Source: an uncultured virus (IMG/VR IMGVR_UViG_3300036466_000576) (taxonomy: Duplodnaviria > Heunggongvirae > Uroviricota > Caudoviricetes). From it: a stretch of DNA of 64,000 nucleotides. The DNA is taken from IMG/VR virus record IMGVR_UViG_3300036466_000576. The stretch is one strand, 5' to 3'. Shown one piece after another: positions 10,139 through 21,112 of this stretch (the stretch's first letter is position 1; each line of letters opens with the position of its first letter). The position numbers were made by a program, and so were the translations under genes. The notes under the pieces are model-generated. The model was not told the DNA's origin. It did no database searches and saw only the letters and a list, made by a program, of their open reading frames with translations.

Positions 10139-10501
10139 TTATCTTGCTACTAGTAAACTATCTTCTTTTCCCTTAACAACAAGCACTTTTTGATTAGGAC
10201 TTAAACATGGTTTCTTGTTCATATTATGAGTATAGTTCATATTTAAAATTCCAACATTATCTATTTCAATTCCTGCATCGCAGTTTGTAAGATTATCTCC
10301 TACGGGCACACAATTTTCATCATATACAATTACACCTTTGTTAATTTTTTCTTCTAATATTAAATTTGTTGCTTTCCCAAGAAACACATCCTCTTTCCAT
10401 TCTTCATTTAAATCATTATTCTTATCTATCTCAATATTTTCCGCCTGAACTCCACTTGCCAACAATAAAACCACTAAAACTAATAAAATAATTTTTTTCA
10501 T
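10139..10501 (-). CDS. Secreted hypothetical protein
   Basis: Signal peptide ending VQA; three Cys. Confidence 0.7.
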   Translation of the reverse strand: MKKIILLVLVVLLLASGVQAENIEIDKNNDLNEEWKEDVFLGKATNLILEEKINKGVIVYDENCVPVGDNLTNCDAGIEIDNVGILNMNYTHNMNKKPCLSPNQKVLVVKGKEDSLLVAR

Positions 10502-10516
10502 TTTTTCTCCTCCTAA

Positions 10517-11227
10517 TTATCTTTTCCCAAATTGATGATTTCCTAATTTTACAGTTTTTCTTATATTATATGTCCAACTTAAATTTTTTGCTGTTTTTGG
10601 ATTATAAAAATAAATTGAATTATAAGTTGGATCATATCCAATTAAAGCCATAAAAGCAGCCTGTATTGATTCTTTATTTGGAGTCAATGTATAAAGAGTA
10701 TTATTTGAAGAAACTTCAAATTGACTTTTTTGTTTAACAACCTCTTTTACTGTATTCGGATAATGTTTTGATTCTACCCTATTTAATACAACAGCTCCAA
10801 CTCCTATTTTACCAATTAAACTTTCTCCTCTTGATTCCGCATGAATAGTCCTTGCTAAATATATCAAATCTTCTTCTGTGAAATCAAGAGTTAATTTTAC
10901 TTTGTCGCTTGTTAATAAATCATATGTTTCGTTACCAACAACTCCATCTGGTTTTAAATTATTATCTTTTTGAAAAGCTTTAATTGCGTTGAAAGTTCCC
11001 TTTCCATAAACACCATCAACTGTTGAATTATAATAACCCAAATCTTGTAATTTTCTTTGCACTACTGCAACTGAAACTCCCTTATCCCCCATTTCAAGAA
11101 TTTCTTTATTAATTTTTAATTTGTTAAATAAGATAAACTCATTATCTAAAATACCTGCTTCTACAAAATTAATTGGCACGATAATAAACAAAAAAAGCAG
11201 TATAAATATATATTGTTTTTTTAACAT
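10517..11227 (-). CDS. SleB/CwlJ-like cell wall hydrolase with peptidoglycan-binding domain
   Basis: VDGVYGKGT..AIKAFQ..L.PDGVVG (PG_binding_1); LARTIHAESRGE, VVLNRV, YFYNP, GNHQF (Hydrolase_2). Confidence 0.92.
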   Translation of the reverse strand: MLKKQYIFILLFLFIIVPINFVEAGILDNEFILFNKLKINKEILEMGDKGVSVAVVQRKLQDLGYYNSTVDGVYGKGTFNAIKAFQKDNNLKPDGVVGNETYDLLTSDKVKLTLDFTEEDLIYLARTIHAESRGESLIGKIGVGAVVLNRVESKHYPNTVKEVVKQKSQFEVSSNNTLYTLTPNKESIQAAFMALIGYDPTYNSIYFYNPKTAKNLSWTYNIRKTVKLGNHQFGKR

Positions 11228-11320
11228 TTTTCTCTCCTTATTATTCCTGTTATTATTTAGTTAATTATACCATTAAATGTAAAAAAAAGCAATACCTACT
11301 TAAAGGTATTGCTTAATTAA

Positions 11321-13410
11321 TTAACTAATACTTGATATTGATACAACTTTTCTTTTTCTTTTTTCTAAAGCTTCAACTTCTTTAAAGTCTCTAGTAAAAA
11401 TTTCATCTATATCTGGAAATGAATTATATATTTTTTTTGAATATCCTTTAGTACCTGGAATTATTCTATCATCTAAAATTATTACAGCACCATAGTCAAG
11501 TTTTGTTCTAATTAATCTTCCAAATCCCTGTTTTAATTTTATGATTGCTTCAGGAACATAATAATCATTAAAAAAATTATCTCCATTATCATTCATTTTA
11601 TTTTTCTTAGCTACTATTAATGGATCAGTATGCACTTCAAAAGGTATTTTATCTATAAATACATATCCAAGATCATCTCCTTTTACATCCACACCTTCCC
11701 AAAAAGAATATGTTGCAAAAAGAATTGAATTTTTTTCTTTTTTAAACCTTTCTAATAAAATATTTTTATTCATACTTCCTTGAAGTAAAAGATTATGGAA
11801 AGGTAAATCATTTTTTATTTTTTCATAAGTTCCTTCCATAGCTGAATAAGAAGTAAATAATGCAAAAATACCTCTCTGAGTTATTCCTGCCACTTTTTTA
11901 ATATTTTTAGAAATATATTCTCTATATTTATCAGGGTTTTGGGTAGCAATTGTTCCTGATAAACTATTTTCTGGAATATATAATCGAGCCTGTTCTTTAT
12001 AATTAAACGGACTTTTAACAGTTGTAGTTTTTGTATTGTTTGGTAATCCTAAATTTTTAATAAAAAACTTAAATTCTTTATTTGTTGTTATAGTAGCAGA
12101 AGTAAAAACTATATTAGTTGGGCTAATTATATTTTTATTATCAAATAAATTTTCTAGTTTTTCACTTATATCAATTGGTTTAGCTATTAAGGTTGGATTT
12201 TCTTCATTTTCAATCCAATAAGCATATTCTTTTTTCATTTGTCTTTCTACAATTAATAAATAATTCCTAAAATTAGCCTCTAAATAAGCTTTATTTTTCT
12301 CTAATTTTTCAAGTGTTTTTACTGACAATATAACAATTGAGTCATTAAATAAAGAACCGTATATTTTCCCTAGTTTCTCATAAAGTTTTTTCATTAATAC
12401 AAGATATTTTTTCTTTAGAATTCTTCTATCAGTCCGTAAAGTAATTTTATCTTTTTTATGATTTTTAATTTCTTCTTTAATGTAATCCCAAAAAAGTTCC
12501 ATTTTTTCTTTAACCTTTTCAAAATAATTAATTGAAGCATTAATTGCTTTTTGTCCTTTAATATTTTTAGTTCTTTCTTTTTTAAGAACTTTGATGCTTG
12601 AATTAATTCTTGTTATTGTTGAATAGTAAGAAGTTTGATATCCAAAGGCTTCAATGACTATTTTTTCTATATGATGACCTTCATCAAATATTACTAAATC
12701 AAAATTATTCAAAAATCCTTTTCCTGTCTTTTCTTTCAACATATAGTCCATTATATAAGTGTGATGATTTAAAACAACAATATCTGACTTACTGGCTATT
12801 AATCTAGCTTTTTTAAAAGAACAATCACTGGTACAACTTTTAGGACAATATTGATCTGCTCGAATCTCATCCCATACCTTTAAGACATTTGTAGGAGCTT
12901 CCGATCTATCTCCTGTTTTGGTTGACTTACTCCAGCGAATAGCTTCTTTAATATAATCCACCTTTTCTTTACTTTCAGCTTCAATTCCATCTTTTTCAAA
13001 TTCTTTAATTTTATGCTCACATACATAATTCCCTTTCCCTTTTAATAGCTTGTAATTAAGTTTAATATTTTTTTGTCTATTAAATAATTCTGCTAAAAAA
13101 GGAAGATCGCTTTCTATTAATTGTTCTTGAAGATTAATAGTGTTTGTGCAAACTGCTATTCTTTTATTGTTTTTTAATACTTCATTAATTCCTGCTAAAA
13201 GATATGCAAATGATTTTCCTGTTCCCGTAGGAGCTTCAACTACAATATGCTTTTTTTCTTCAATACCATCCAATATTGTATCAATCATTTTAACCTGTTC
13301 TTCACGATATCGATAGTTTTTAGAATTTAAAGCTAACCATCCACCTCTTTTAACAATAGTATCAATAAATTTATATTTACTGTGATATTCTTCTTTAAGT
13401 TTTACTGTCA
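11321..13410 (-). CDS. dinG: DinG/YoaA-family ATP-dependent helicase
   Basis: EAPTGTGKS, KGKGNYVC, Fe-S Cys cluster, IFDEGHH, SFWEGVD, QGFGRLIR; start moved to ATG 13410 after GAGGAGG. Confidence 0.9.
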
Positions 13411-13542
13411 TCTTTATCCTCCTCATTGTCAAAACGATATGTCGCATATTTTGTAATATATTACCATTATAGCATATTATTATAAATAATGAAATTGAAA
13501 ACCACTAATTTTTATGTTATAATTATAAAAAGGAGGCGTGAA

Positions 13543-13719
13543 ATGATAAAAACTGTTAGACTGGATAAAGATTTATTTTTAAAACTAGAAAACTATTTAG
13601 AAGAAGAAGGATTAAAACGAAGCGTTTCTGATGAGATAACAGACTTGTTGAGAGAAAATTATTTAAAACCAAACGAAGAAAAAGTTAAAGAAGAATTAAA
13701 AAAACTATATAGTATGTAA
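13543..13719 (+). CDS. Small ribbon-helix-helix (CopG-like) protein
   Basis: MIKTVRLDKDLF...SVSDEITDLL; RBS AAGGAGG; TGTTATAAT upstream. Confidence 0.7.
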   Translation: MIKTVRLDKDLFLKLENYLEEEGLKRSVSDEITDLLRENYLKPNEEKVKEELKKLYSM

Positions 13720-13810
13720 AAAACCCCAATTAAATAATTGGGGTTAATTTTTGTCTTTTTTTAATTTTTTATCAAAAATGTTGAAAGAAAACTCCTTCTA
13801 AATTATAGAT

Positions 13811-14344
13811 TTAGTGGAAGATGTTCATATATGTGATATCTCCCAGCTCAATCAAATCTTCTATTGAATATGTTTTTTCAGATTCATAAATTTGTTTTAA
13901 TTGTTTTTCTGTTAAGATAATTCCAAAATTAGATGATATTTTAAAAATAAACTTATATTTATCTCCAAACTGTATTCGATTTAAAGGTTTCCCTTCAAGT
14001 ATTTTAAATCTAGTCCCTCCATAATAATTTGTATATTTAACTGGTAATTGAACTATATAATTATATTCTAAAAAATCTGGTCCATAATTATATTTTTCAT
14101 AATCATCATAAAAAGGAATAGGATATGGTTCATTAAAATAACCATAATCAGATTCATATCCTGAATATCCATATTTCTCTACCAATCTATCATAATGCTT
14201 TTGGTTTTTTTCTATATCTACTTCATAGTTTTTCATCTTTTCTCTTATAATATCTTCTAAAGTAGGTTCTTCAGCAACAGCAACAAATACAAATGAAAAT
14301 ACAATAAAAATTAATAATATAATAGTTAACTTTTTGTTTAACAT
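13811..14344 (-). CDS. Secreted Tyr-rich hypothetical protein
   Basis: Signal peptide ending AVA; RBS GAGGAGG. Confidence 0.75.
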   Translation of the reverse strand: MLNKKLTIILLIFIVFSFVFVAVAEEPTLEDIIREKMKNYEVDIEKNQKHYDRLVEKYGYSGYESDYGYFNEPYPIPFYDDYEKYNYGPDFLEYNYIVQLPVKYTNYYGGTRFKILEGKPLNRIQFGDKYKFIFKISSNFGIILTEKQLKQIYESEKTYSIEDLIELGDITYMNIFH

Positions 14345-14522
14345 AAATTTTCCTCCTCATAAAATGTCTTATTTTTTTATATATTTTAATTATATCATAT
14401 ATAAACAATAATAGATCACTCTTTAATATTTTTTTTAAAGAATGATCTATTAATAAAAATCTATTATTTTTTTCATATTTCCCCCTTATAAAATTCCGTT
14501 AATTTTTGAGGAATTAATTATT

Positions 14523-14696
14523 TTATGATCTAAACGATTTGAAAAGATCAGTATAAATCGAAACGGTCTTTTTTAACATCTCACCAACCGCAATAAAGGT
14601 AATAATAGTCAATACGACCTGCATTGGTACTGGCAAAGTTTCCACATATCCACTAATGTCAAACGCAATTTTATATATTAGTTCAAATAAATTCAT
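14523..14696 (-). CDS. 57-aa small membrane protein (not in ORF track)
   Basis: MNLFELIYKIAFDISGYVETLPVPMQVVLTIITFIAVGEMLKKTVSIYTDLFKSFRS; RBS AAGGAGG; consensus promoter upstream. Confidence 0.75.
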   Translation of the reverse strand: MNLFELIYKIAFDISGYVETLPVPMQVVLTIITFIAVGEMLKKTVSIYTDLFKSFRS

Positions 14697-14771
14697 TATT
14701 ATTCCTCCTTTTTTTAATTTAAAATTACTTTTATGTTGTATTTTCTTTCTATTATTTTCTAATATATATTT

Positions 14772-14810
14772 ATTATAGCATCATAAAAATTTTATGTCAA
14801 GACATAAAAT
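14772..14810 (-). promoter_or_regulatory. Sigma-A promoter with palindromic operator over the -35
   Basis: TTGACA (14795-14800), 17 bp, TATAAT (14772-14777) with extended TG; ATTTTATGTC-AA-GACATAAAAT at 14789-14810. Confidence 0.8.
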
Positions 14811-14847
14811 GTAAAAAAAAAGAAAAAGAGGAGAAATTAACTCCTCT

Positions 14848-16209
14848 TTACTTGATTTTAGTCTGTAATATCTGAGTAATAACTTGATTATAGTATTTAT
14901 TTAGATTGTTTTTTAGTTTTTTATCAATATCAATTTCTCCAAAGATATTATCTACAATTATTTTTGCTACCAATGGTCTCTTTAATAAATATCCTTTTAT
15001 TTCTTTTTGGAACAATTGTTTATCAATTTTCATTACAAGGTCTTCTATTAAATCATTTAATCTATTTAAAGTTATTATTTTTTTCCCATTATGGTGAGTT
15101 GTTACATAATTTTTAAACATTAGTTCTATATCTATTTCTAAAGGTGTTCTATTAGCATTTCTAAAAGCTTTTTTAATAAGATTTTTTTGACCAAGCTTAA
15201 GAAGCCTATTTTGATCTGTACCAAATGGTATTTTCATTAGACCTACTCTATAGCCAGCATTTTCTAACATATAACCATCTTTTATCATTCCTTCAATTCC
15301 TGCTTTGTCACCATCATATGCTAAAATGAAATTTTTAATATTGGTTTTTTTAATATCTTTAAGATATTCTTCTTTAAAGCCATTAGCCCCATATGCAGTA
15401 GCAAAACCTAGTGCTTCTTCTGGATAATCTTCTCTCAGAACTTGTTCTAGTGAAATCCCATCAAAATGAGATTCAGATACAACTACCAGTTCAGCTTTTT
15501 TTGCATTTTCAAAATTATATAGCTCTGTGTGCATATGTGGAGAATAAAGGTGAGCATAGTTTTTATCATTTCCTAAACTTCTTCCATACAATCCAAACAT
15601 AATTCTATTTCTAAAATAAGGAACCAGCTTACCATTATTATTCTTTTTAATAAGTTCTAATTTAAGTAATGTTTGTTCGTTAACGCCTTTACTATTCATA
15701 AAAGGAATGAACTTAGGGTCATTAAAAGGTGCAAATCCAATCTTGTGTTTTTTTATCATTTCTAAAGAAATTTTTCGTTTCTTTAAATAATTTATTGCTT
15801 TATATTTTTTATCGTGATTAAATAAATTCCAATGATAGTATAATTTTACTAATTTAAATATTTTTTTTTCTTTTTCTTTTCTAATACTCTTTTTTATTTC
15901 CTCTGGTGAAATATCAAATTTCATACCATATTCTTTTCTTAAATATAGTATAGCTTCACTAAAAGTCATTCTTTTGTAATCTTGGATAAATGTAATTATA
16001 TCTCCTTTTTTACCACAAGAACCATTAAAACACTTATAATGGCCCCCTTCACTATATTTGTAAGTTATTTTAAAACTATCGCTGCCTCCATGAAATGGGC
16101 ATTTAGTTTGAACAGTATTATTACCTTTTCTTATCATTTTTTGACCAGTTTCTTTAGCAATAACATCTGCAATATTAACACTGTTTATAATCGCTTTATC
16201 TACTGCCAC
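14848..16209 (-). CDS. dnaG: DNA primase (CHC2 zinc finger plus TOPRIM)
   Basis: CPFH...YKCFNGSCG, YLKKRKI, IGFAP, FRNRIMF, ESHFD, AYDGDKAG. Confidence 0.9.
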   Translation of the reverse strand: MAVDKAIINSVNIADVIAKETGQKMIRKGNNTVQTKCPFHGGSDSFKITYKYSEGGHYKCFNGSCGKKGDIITFIQDYKRMTFSEAILYLRKEYGMKFDISPEEIKKSIRKEKEKKIFKLVKLYYHWNLFNHDKKYKAINYLKKRKISLEMIKKHKIGFAPFNDPKFIPFMNSKGVNEQTLLKLELIKKNNNGKLVPYFRNRIMFGLYGRSLGNDKNYAHLYSPHMHTELYNFENAKKAELVVVSESHFDGISLEQVLREDYPEEALGFATAYGANGFKEEYLKDIKKTNIKNFILAYDGDKAGIEGMIKDGYMLENAGYRVGLMKIPFGTDQNRLLKLGQKNLIKKAFRNANRTPLEIDIELMFKNYVTTHHNGKKIITLNRLNDLIEDLVMKIDKQLFQKEIKGYLLKRPLVAKIIVDNIFGEIDIDKKLKNNLNKYYNQVITQILQTKIK

Positions 16210-16214
16210 ATTTA

Positions 16215-16622
16215 TTACCCCCCAAATTCTAATGGTAATTGTTCAGATTTCTCTCTATTTTTTCTAACATCAACAATTTTAATACTTTTATTTCTAATTT
16301 TTTTATAATCCTCACTAGTATTATCAAGCCAACCATATCCAGTAATATTTGCAAAGTTAAACTTCTGCTTTGTCTGAAAAGAATGTACCTGATCATTGTA
16401 TTTAATTTGATTACTTTCTACATTTTTTACATTAATATTTGAAAAATCATATTGTGTACCTAAATTGCTTTTTAACATTATTAAAGTTTTAAAATCTGTT
16501 TCAGCTTTAATACTTGTCATATAATCACGAGTTTTTGCAATAGCAATTCCAATCATCGCAATTCCTATCGATAATAGTCCTGAATATATCCCTATAAACA
16601 TAATCAATCTACCTATTGTCAT
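16215..16622 (-). CDS. Membrane-anchored hypothetical protein upstream of dnaG
   Basis: N-terminal TM; RBS AGGAGGG; C-terminal EQLPLEF. Confidence 0.7.
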   Translation of the reverse strand: MTIGRLIMFIGIYSGLLSIGIAMIGIAIAKTRDYMTSIKAETDFKTLIMLKSNLGTQYDFSNINVKNVESNQIKYNDQVHSFQTKQKFNFANITGYGWLDNTSEDYKKIRNKSIKIVDVRKNREKSEQLPLEFGG

Positions 16623-16804
16623 TTTTTTTCCCTCCTAATATGTCTTTTTTAAGATTTGTCTAATTTTTTTTAGTAATTCCATTATACTATACTTGTTTAC
16701 CAAATTCAACCAATAAAGTTAATATTATTAATGAATGTAACTTTATTTTCTTCCAATATTATGTTATAATAGTAATATATAAATATAATGAGAGGAGAAG
16801 ATAT

Positions 16805-17371
16805 ATGCAAGAATTTCTTTACTTTTGGCAAAATATTTTTTTTCACCCTATTGATACAATATATGATTATCATACAGAAAGTCAGGGAGATATTAATAGG
16901 GTTGGATTAATTCATTTTTTTATTGGTATAACTTTAACAGCAATAATGTTTGGTATAGAAAATGTTAAAAACAATCCTTTTTTAAGTTTTTCTGGTATAT
17001 TATATTATTTTATTGTAGGCTCAATTCTAGGAATGGCTATATTTTTTATGTATAACTTTATTCTAACAATATCATTAAAATTAATTTTTATTATTTTAAA
17101 TCTAGAAGGACAAAACTACACTATTATTAATTTAGTTTTATTGTCAAATTTTGTTTTCGCCTTAAATGTTTTTTCAATTATAACCACATATAATCTAAAT
17201 GGGTTTTCAATCTTTTTATTTTTATTAACCACAATAACTCAAAGTTTTTTATTAGAAGAAGAATACTATAGAAAATTAATATATAAATATATTACATCTT
17301 TTATTTTATCTTTTATAAGTTTTTCACTATTATCTTATATATTCTTTACAGTATTAAATTCTTTTATATAA
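16805..17371 (+). CDS. Yip1-like polytopic membrane protein
   Basis: IFFHPIDT N-terminal motif then about 5 TM. Confidence 0.6.
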   Translation: MQEFLYFWQNIFFHPIDTIYDYHTESQGDINRVGLIHFFIGITLTAIMFGIENVKNNPFLSFSGILYYFIVGSILGMAIFFMYNFILTISLKLIFIILNLEGQNYTIINLVLLSNFVFALNVFSIITTYNLNGFSIFLFLLTTITQSFLLEEEYYRKLIYKYITSFILSFISFSLLSYIFFTVLNSFI

Positions 17372-17407
17372 AAACCCCCTCCTATTTAAGGAGAGGGTTT
17401 TATTGTT

Positions 17408-20077
17408 TTAATTGAATTTTTGATTTGCTAATCCTTTTTGTATTTCAGAATACTCAGCTTCATTTAATACAAATCCATCTATTTTGTTCCAATATTTATT
17501 TATTTTATTACTTCTTGTTGGATCCATACTATAAACCTGATATCCATTAGCACTTTTTTCTACTTTAAGGTATTGAATTTGACGATTATTTTCGTGTTTA
17601 AAAGCTAAACCAATTTCTAATTTATTAGGATTATATCCAAAAGCACTTTGTTTAGGTTTAAAGATCATTTGAATTTGCCCTAATGCTTTTTCAGTTTCTT
17701 CATTTAAAGCACTATAAGTGCTCGAAATAATACTTTGATAATCTCCATTAACTTCAACTGATAGTTGACTTTTTACAAACTCATCTCCAATTTCTTCGTA
17801 AATTTTTTCTTTTATACCTTTTGGCATATCAACAACCTCATTATTAGTATAAAACTCTCTACTATCGGTTACTAGACCATATTGTTCGGCAATAACAGGA
17901 TAAACCATTTTATCTGTATCATTTAAAGCATTAAACCCTCTATTATATATCTCTTCTTCGTTATATTTTAAGAAATCTACAAGTTTTTTATCTCTTTCGT
18001 ATTCACTTTCTTCTCTTTTTATTGGTGATAATTTTAAAACTTTATCATCTTTATTGATTGCATTATTATATTTTGTTTGTTTAGAATTGTTTTCTTCTTT
18101 ATTATTCCCAAAAAATCTATCATATAAATTACTATTGTTTTTATCGTTTTCTTTATTTTCACTATTGTTTTTAGAAACAGTACTAAATATCCTTTCATAT
18201 GCTTTATCTAGTGCTGACTTTCCAGATTTTTGTTCATCTATCTGATTTAATTGTTCTTTAACACTATTAGCTTTTTTTGTAACATTATCGTTTTTATCTT
18301 CATATTCCTCAGAATTGTTTCCTGTATTTATAGTCCCAAAATAATTATTTGGAGAAGAATAGTGAGAAGGACTATTTGCACTATTAGTCCAACTTTGCTT
18401 GTTGCTAGGTCTTCTATTATCTCCAATGTCTCCAGTTTCATTTACTTTTTCAAAGCCAGCAAAACTCCAACTTCTTTTTTCTTTTCCATCAACTTTCGAA
18501 CTCCCAGTATCTGGGTTATATGCCTCCCCAACCTTAATAACTCTTTCTTCTTCATTATTTCTAACAGGATTTTTATTATTAGTTAAAGTTGTGTCTTTAG
18601 CTCTAACTTCAATTGTAAAATCTAGTCGAGTTGATTGGAAAGCTTCATCTACTGCCTCAACAACTAGTTTGTATTTTCCGTTTTGCATAAAAGGTTTACT
18701 TGTATATTTTAATCCTTCAATAACATTATTTTTAGTTGGCAATCCTCTCATTGAAGATTTAGGTGTAGGATATTTGTTGTGTTTTATTTCAGCGGTTACC
18801 TTCTGTATCCCTGCTTTTCTAATTTTAGGTGGACTAAATAAACCATGCCCAGGTTCTATAATTAAAGAAGATGTTCTAGCCCCTATTGTATATTCCCCTT
18901 GAACTCCAGCAAGTGGATATAGAGGAGAAGCATCAGCCTTAACTTCAACTCTGCCTGGAATAATCCATCTCATACCTACCGCTGTTTTAACAAAAGGAAC
19001 TACTCCTTGATAATCAGGTGGTATTATTTGTTCTGCTATATGAACAATATCTTCCTTAGAATAAACCTTCTCAATTTCTTTCATATACTCTTCTTGAGAC
19101 ATCCCTTCAGGTGGTTGAAATCCTGGATAATTATTTGGATATCCCCCTGTTCCTCCAGTCCCTGGGAAATTACCAGGTACTCCAGATCCTCCTGGATTTA
19201 AATAATCTAAATATCCAGTGTCGGGATTATATCTTCCATAACTATTTTGAAGGTTATTTATTTTATTAAAAGTTTCTTCATCTGCTATTTTAGAAATTAC
19301 CTTTTCTTTTAAGCCCGCATAATCTTTACCATCTCCAAAATTAATTATTCTATCTAAAGTTCTATCAGCTATTTCAACTTTTTCCAATGTACTGGAATCT
19401 TTAAATCTATCTGCATCTGTCAAAAATCCTGCCACATCATTAGTGTAACCTGAAATATCTACTAAAGGCTGGAATTCTGTTTTATTTCCAACCTCTTGAG
19501 CAATATTTGATACCCCATAAAGTTGTTCATTTAATTCTGAATCTATCATTGCATCAATATTAGAGCTTAGCAACGCATAATCTAACCGTGTTTTTTTATC
19601 TCCATACTCCTGGGCTCCCATTTCAAAAACTGCTTTTTCTTGTGCACCAGTATAACCCATAGCACCAAAATTTGTTTGATATTGCAAAAGCGTTTCAGCA
19701 ATATAAGTTTCTCTTTTATCTGGATCGGTTATATTATTTGCATCAGCAATTTTTTCTAACATTGCCACATCATCTTGATTAGCACTTGCAATTATTGAGT
19801 CCTCATCAATTATGTTAAATTTATAACCAACAGTTTTTACTTTTCCCAAGGTTCTACTTGCTGCATCAGGTAACTTTGACACACCGTCAGCTACATCTCC
19901 TGCCATTTCAATTGCTGTATGTGTTTTGTGAAGATTAAATAAAACTTTTGAAGTTCCCTCTAAAAATTGATCCAGCCCAGAAGCTGCAAAAGTGTTCGAA
20001 GAAACAGTAAATAAAATAAAAAATATAATTGTAAAAATAATGCACATTCTTTGTACTTTACTATTTATACTTATCAT
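17408..20077 (-). CDS. Large secreted or surface hypothetical protein
   Basis: Signal peptide ending TFA; G/P-rich linker, beta-rich central part, N/K/E-rich linker. Confidence 0.8.
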   Translation of the reverse strand: MISINSKVQRMCIIFTIIFFILFTVSSNTFAASGLDQFLEGTSKVLFNLHKTHTAIEMAGDVADGVSKLPDAASRTLGKVKTVGYKFNIIDEDSIIASANQDDVAMLEKIADANNITDPDKRETYIAETLLQYQTNFGAMGYTGAQEKAVFEMGAQEYGDKKTRLDYALLSSNIDAMIDSELNEQLYGVSNIAQEVGNKTEFQPLVDISGYTNDVAGFLTDADRFKDSSTLEKVEIADRTLDRIINFGDGKDYAGLKEKVISKIADEETFNKINNLQNSYGRYNPDTGYLDYLNPGGSGVPGNFPGTGGTGGYPNNYPGFQPPEGMSQEEYMKEIEKVYSKEDIVHIAEQIIPPDYQGVVPFVKTAVGMRWIIPGRVEVKADASPLYPLAGVQGEYTIGARTSSLIIEPGHGLFSPPKIRKAGIQKVTAEIKHNKYPTPKSSMRGLPTKNNVIEGLKYTSKPFMQNGKYKLVVEAVDEAFQSTRLDFTIEVRAKDTTLTNNKNPVRNNEEERVIKVGEAYNPDTGSSKVDGKEKRSWSFAGFEKVNETGDIGDNRRPSNKQSWTNSANSPSHYSSPNNYFGTINTGNNSEEYEDKNDNVTKKANSVKEQLNQIDEQKSGKSALDKAYERIFSTVSKNNSENKENDKNNSNLYDRFFGNNKEENNSKQTKYNNAINKDDKVLKLSPIKREESEYERDKKLVDFLKYNEEEIYNRGFNALNDTDKMVYPVIAEQYGLVTDSREFYTNNEVVDMPKGIKEKIYEEIGDEFVKSQLSVEVNGDYQSIISSTYSALNEETEKALGQIQMIFKPKQSAFGYNPNKLEIGLAFKHENNRQIQYLKVEKSANGYQVYSMDPTRSNKINKYWNKIDGFVLNEAEYSEIQKGLANQKFN

Positions 20078-20202
20078 AAAAACTTCCTCCTTCCAAATAT
20101 TTTATTAAAATTCATTATATTATAATATTACCATATTATTCTTATTTTAACAAGTAAAAAATAAACCCCTCATTAATTATAATGAGAGGCTCTGTCTTTT
20201 AT

Positions 20203-21048
20203 TTATTCGGTATTATTTTCATAAAAAGAGAAATAATTATTTTTACCAATAATTATATGATCTAATACTGGTTTATTTGCTTCTTCCATAATTTTAGCTA
20301 CTTTATTCGTAAAATCAACATCTGCACCCGAAGGAGTTGAATTTCCATTAGGATGATTATGAACAAATAAGAAAGCTTTCCAGTTGTTGTTTTTAGCAAT
20401 TTCTTGTAATGTCTCAATTTTCATTGTAGTAGTATTTGGATCATCATTTGTATATCTCAATGTTTTATCAATTTTCTTTTGAGCATTAAAACATAAAATA
20501 TACAACTCTTCATTTTTTATTCCATTTAATCCTTTAAATTTTTTGTATATATTTACTGGATTTAAATTATTATCAATATTATTAGACTTTATAGATCTAA
20601 TGTCTTTTTCATTTAATATTTTATTATTTATATCTGGTGATTTAAAATGTTTAAATAAATATGAAATAACTTTTAATCTAACTATTCCCTCATGGGAAAT
20701 CCCCTGTCCTTTAAGTTTGCGAGGGTTAACATTAGGACAAAAAATATCTTCTAAATACGGTAACTCTTCCCCTACTACAAATTCAATCAATCTTCTATCC
20801 AAAGTTTCAATTTTTTCTGTATCAAACAGCCTCTTCACTAAAACCACAAGTCTTCTAACCTTAAGATCGTATGAAGTGATAGCTAACTCAACCTCATCTA
20901 CTGTTAATACATCAGCGGTATCAGTAAATGGAAATAGTTCAGGATTATCAAGTAACATTTCTATCAATTCAAAAGTAGTCTTGTCCATTAAATTAATTAC
21001 TTTAAGGCTATCTTCTTTTAATAGTGCTTCTGCTTTTAACATTTTCAT
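20203..21048 (-). CDS. radC: RadC/JAB-domain protein
   Basis: NEELYIL, FVHNHPNGNSTPSGADVDFT, VLDHIIIG. Confidence 0.88.
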   Translation of the reverse strand: MKMLKAEALLKEDSLKVINLMDKTTFELIEMLLDNPELFPFTDTADVLTVDEVELAITSYDLKVRRLVVLVKRLFDTEKIETLDRRLIEFVVGEELPYLEDIFCPNVNPRKLKGQGISHEGIVRLKVISYLFKHFKSPDINNKILNEKDIRSIKSNNIDNNLNPVNIYKKFKGLNGIKNEELYILCFNAQKKIDKTLRYTNDDPNTTTMKIETLQEIAKNNNWKAFLFVHNHPNGNSTPSGADVDFTNKVAKIMEEANKPVLDHIIIGKNNYFSFYENNTE

Positions 21049-21112
21049 CTCTCCTTATTTAAGTAAATAAAGCACCAGAAATTAATCTCTGATGCTTTAT
21101 ATTATAGTATAT

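Noticed and set aside
11321..13410. DinG as a type IV CRISPR CasDinG
   Set aside because: No cas/csf genes or repeat-spacer array seen in the window
14450..14476. 8-codon ORF MKKIIDFY after AAGGGGG
   Set aside because: SD spacing only 4 nt and too short to support
18054..19201. Plus-strand ORFs antisense to the 889-aa gene, including the 167-aa one
   Set aside because: Shadow ORFs with F/L/S-rich composition and no RBS
20543..21070. 175-aa ORF antisense to radC
   Set aside because: Codon mirror of a well-supported gene
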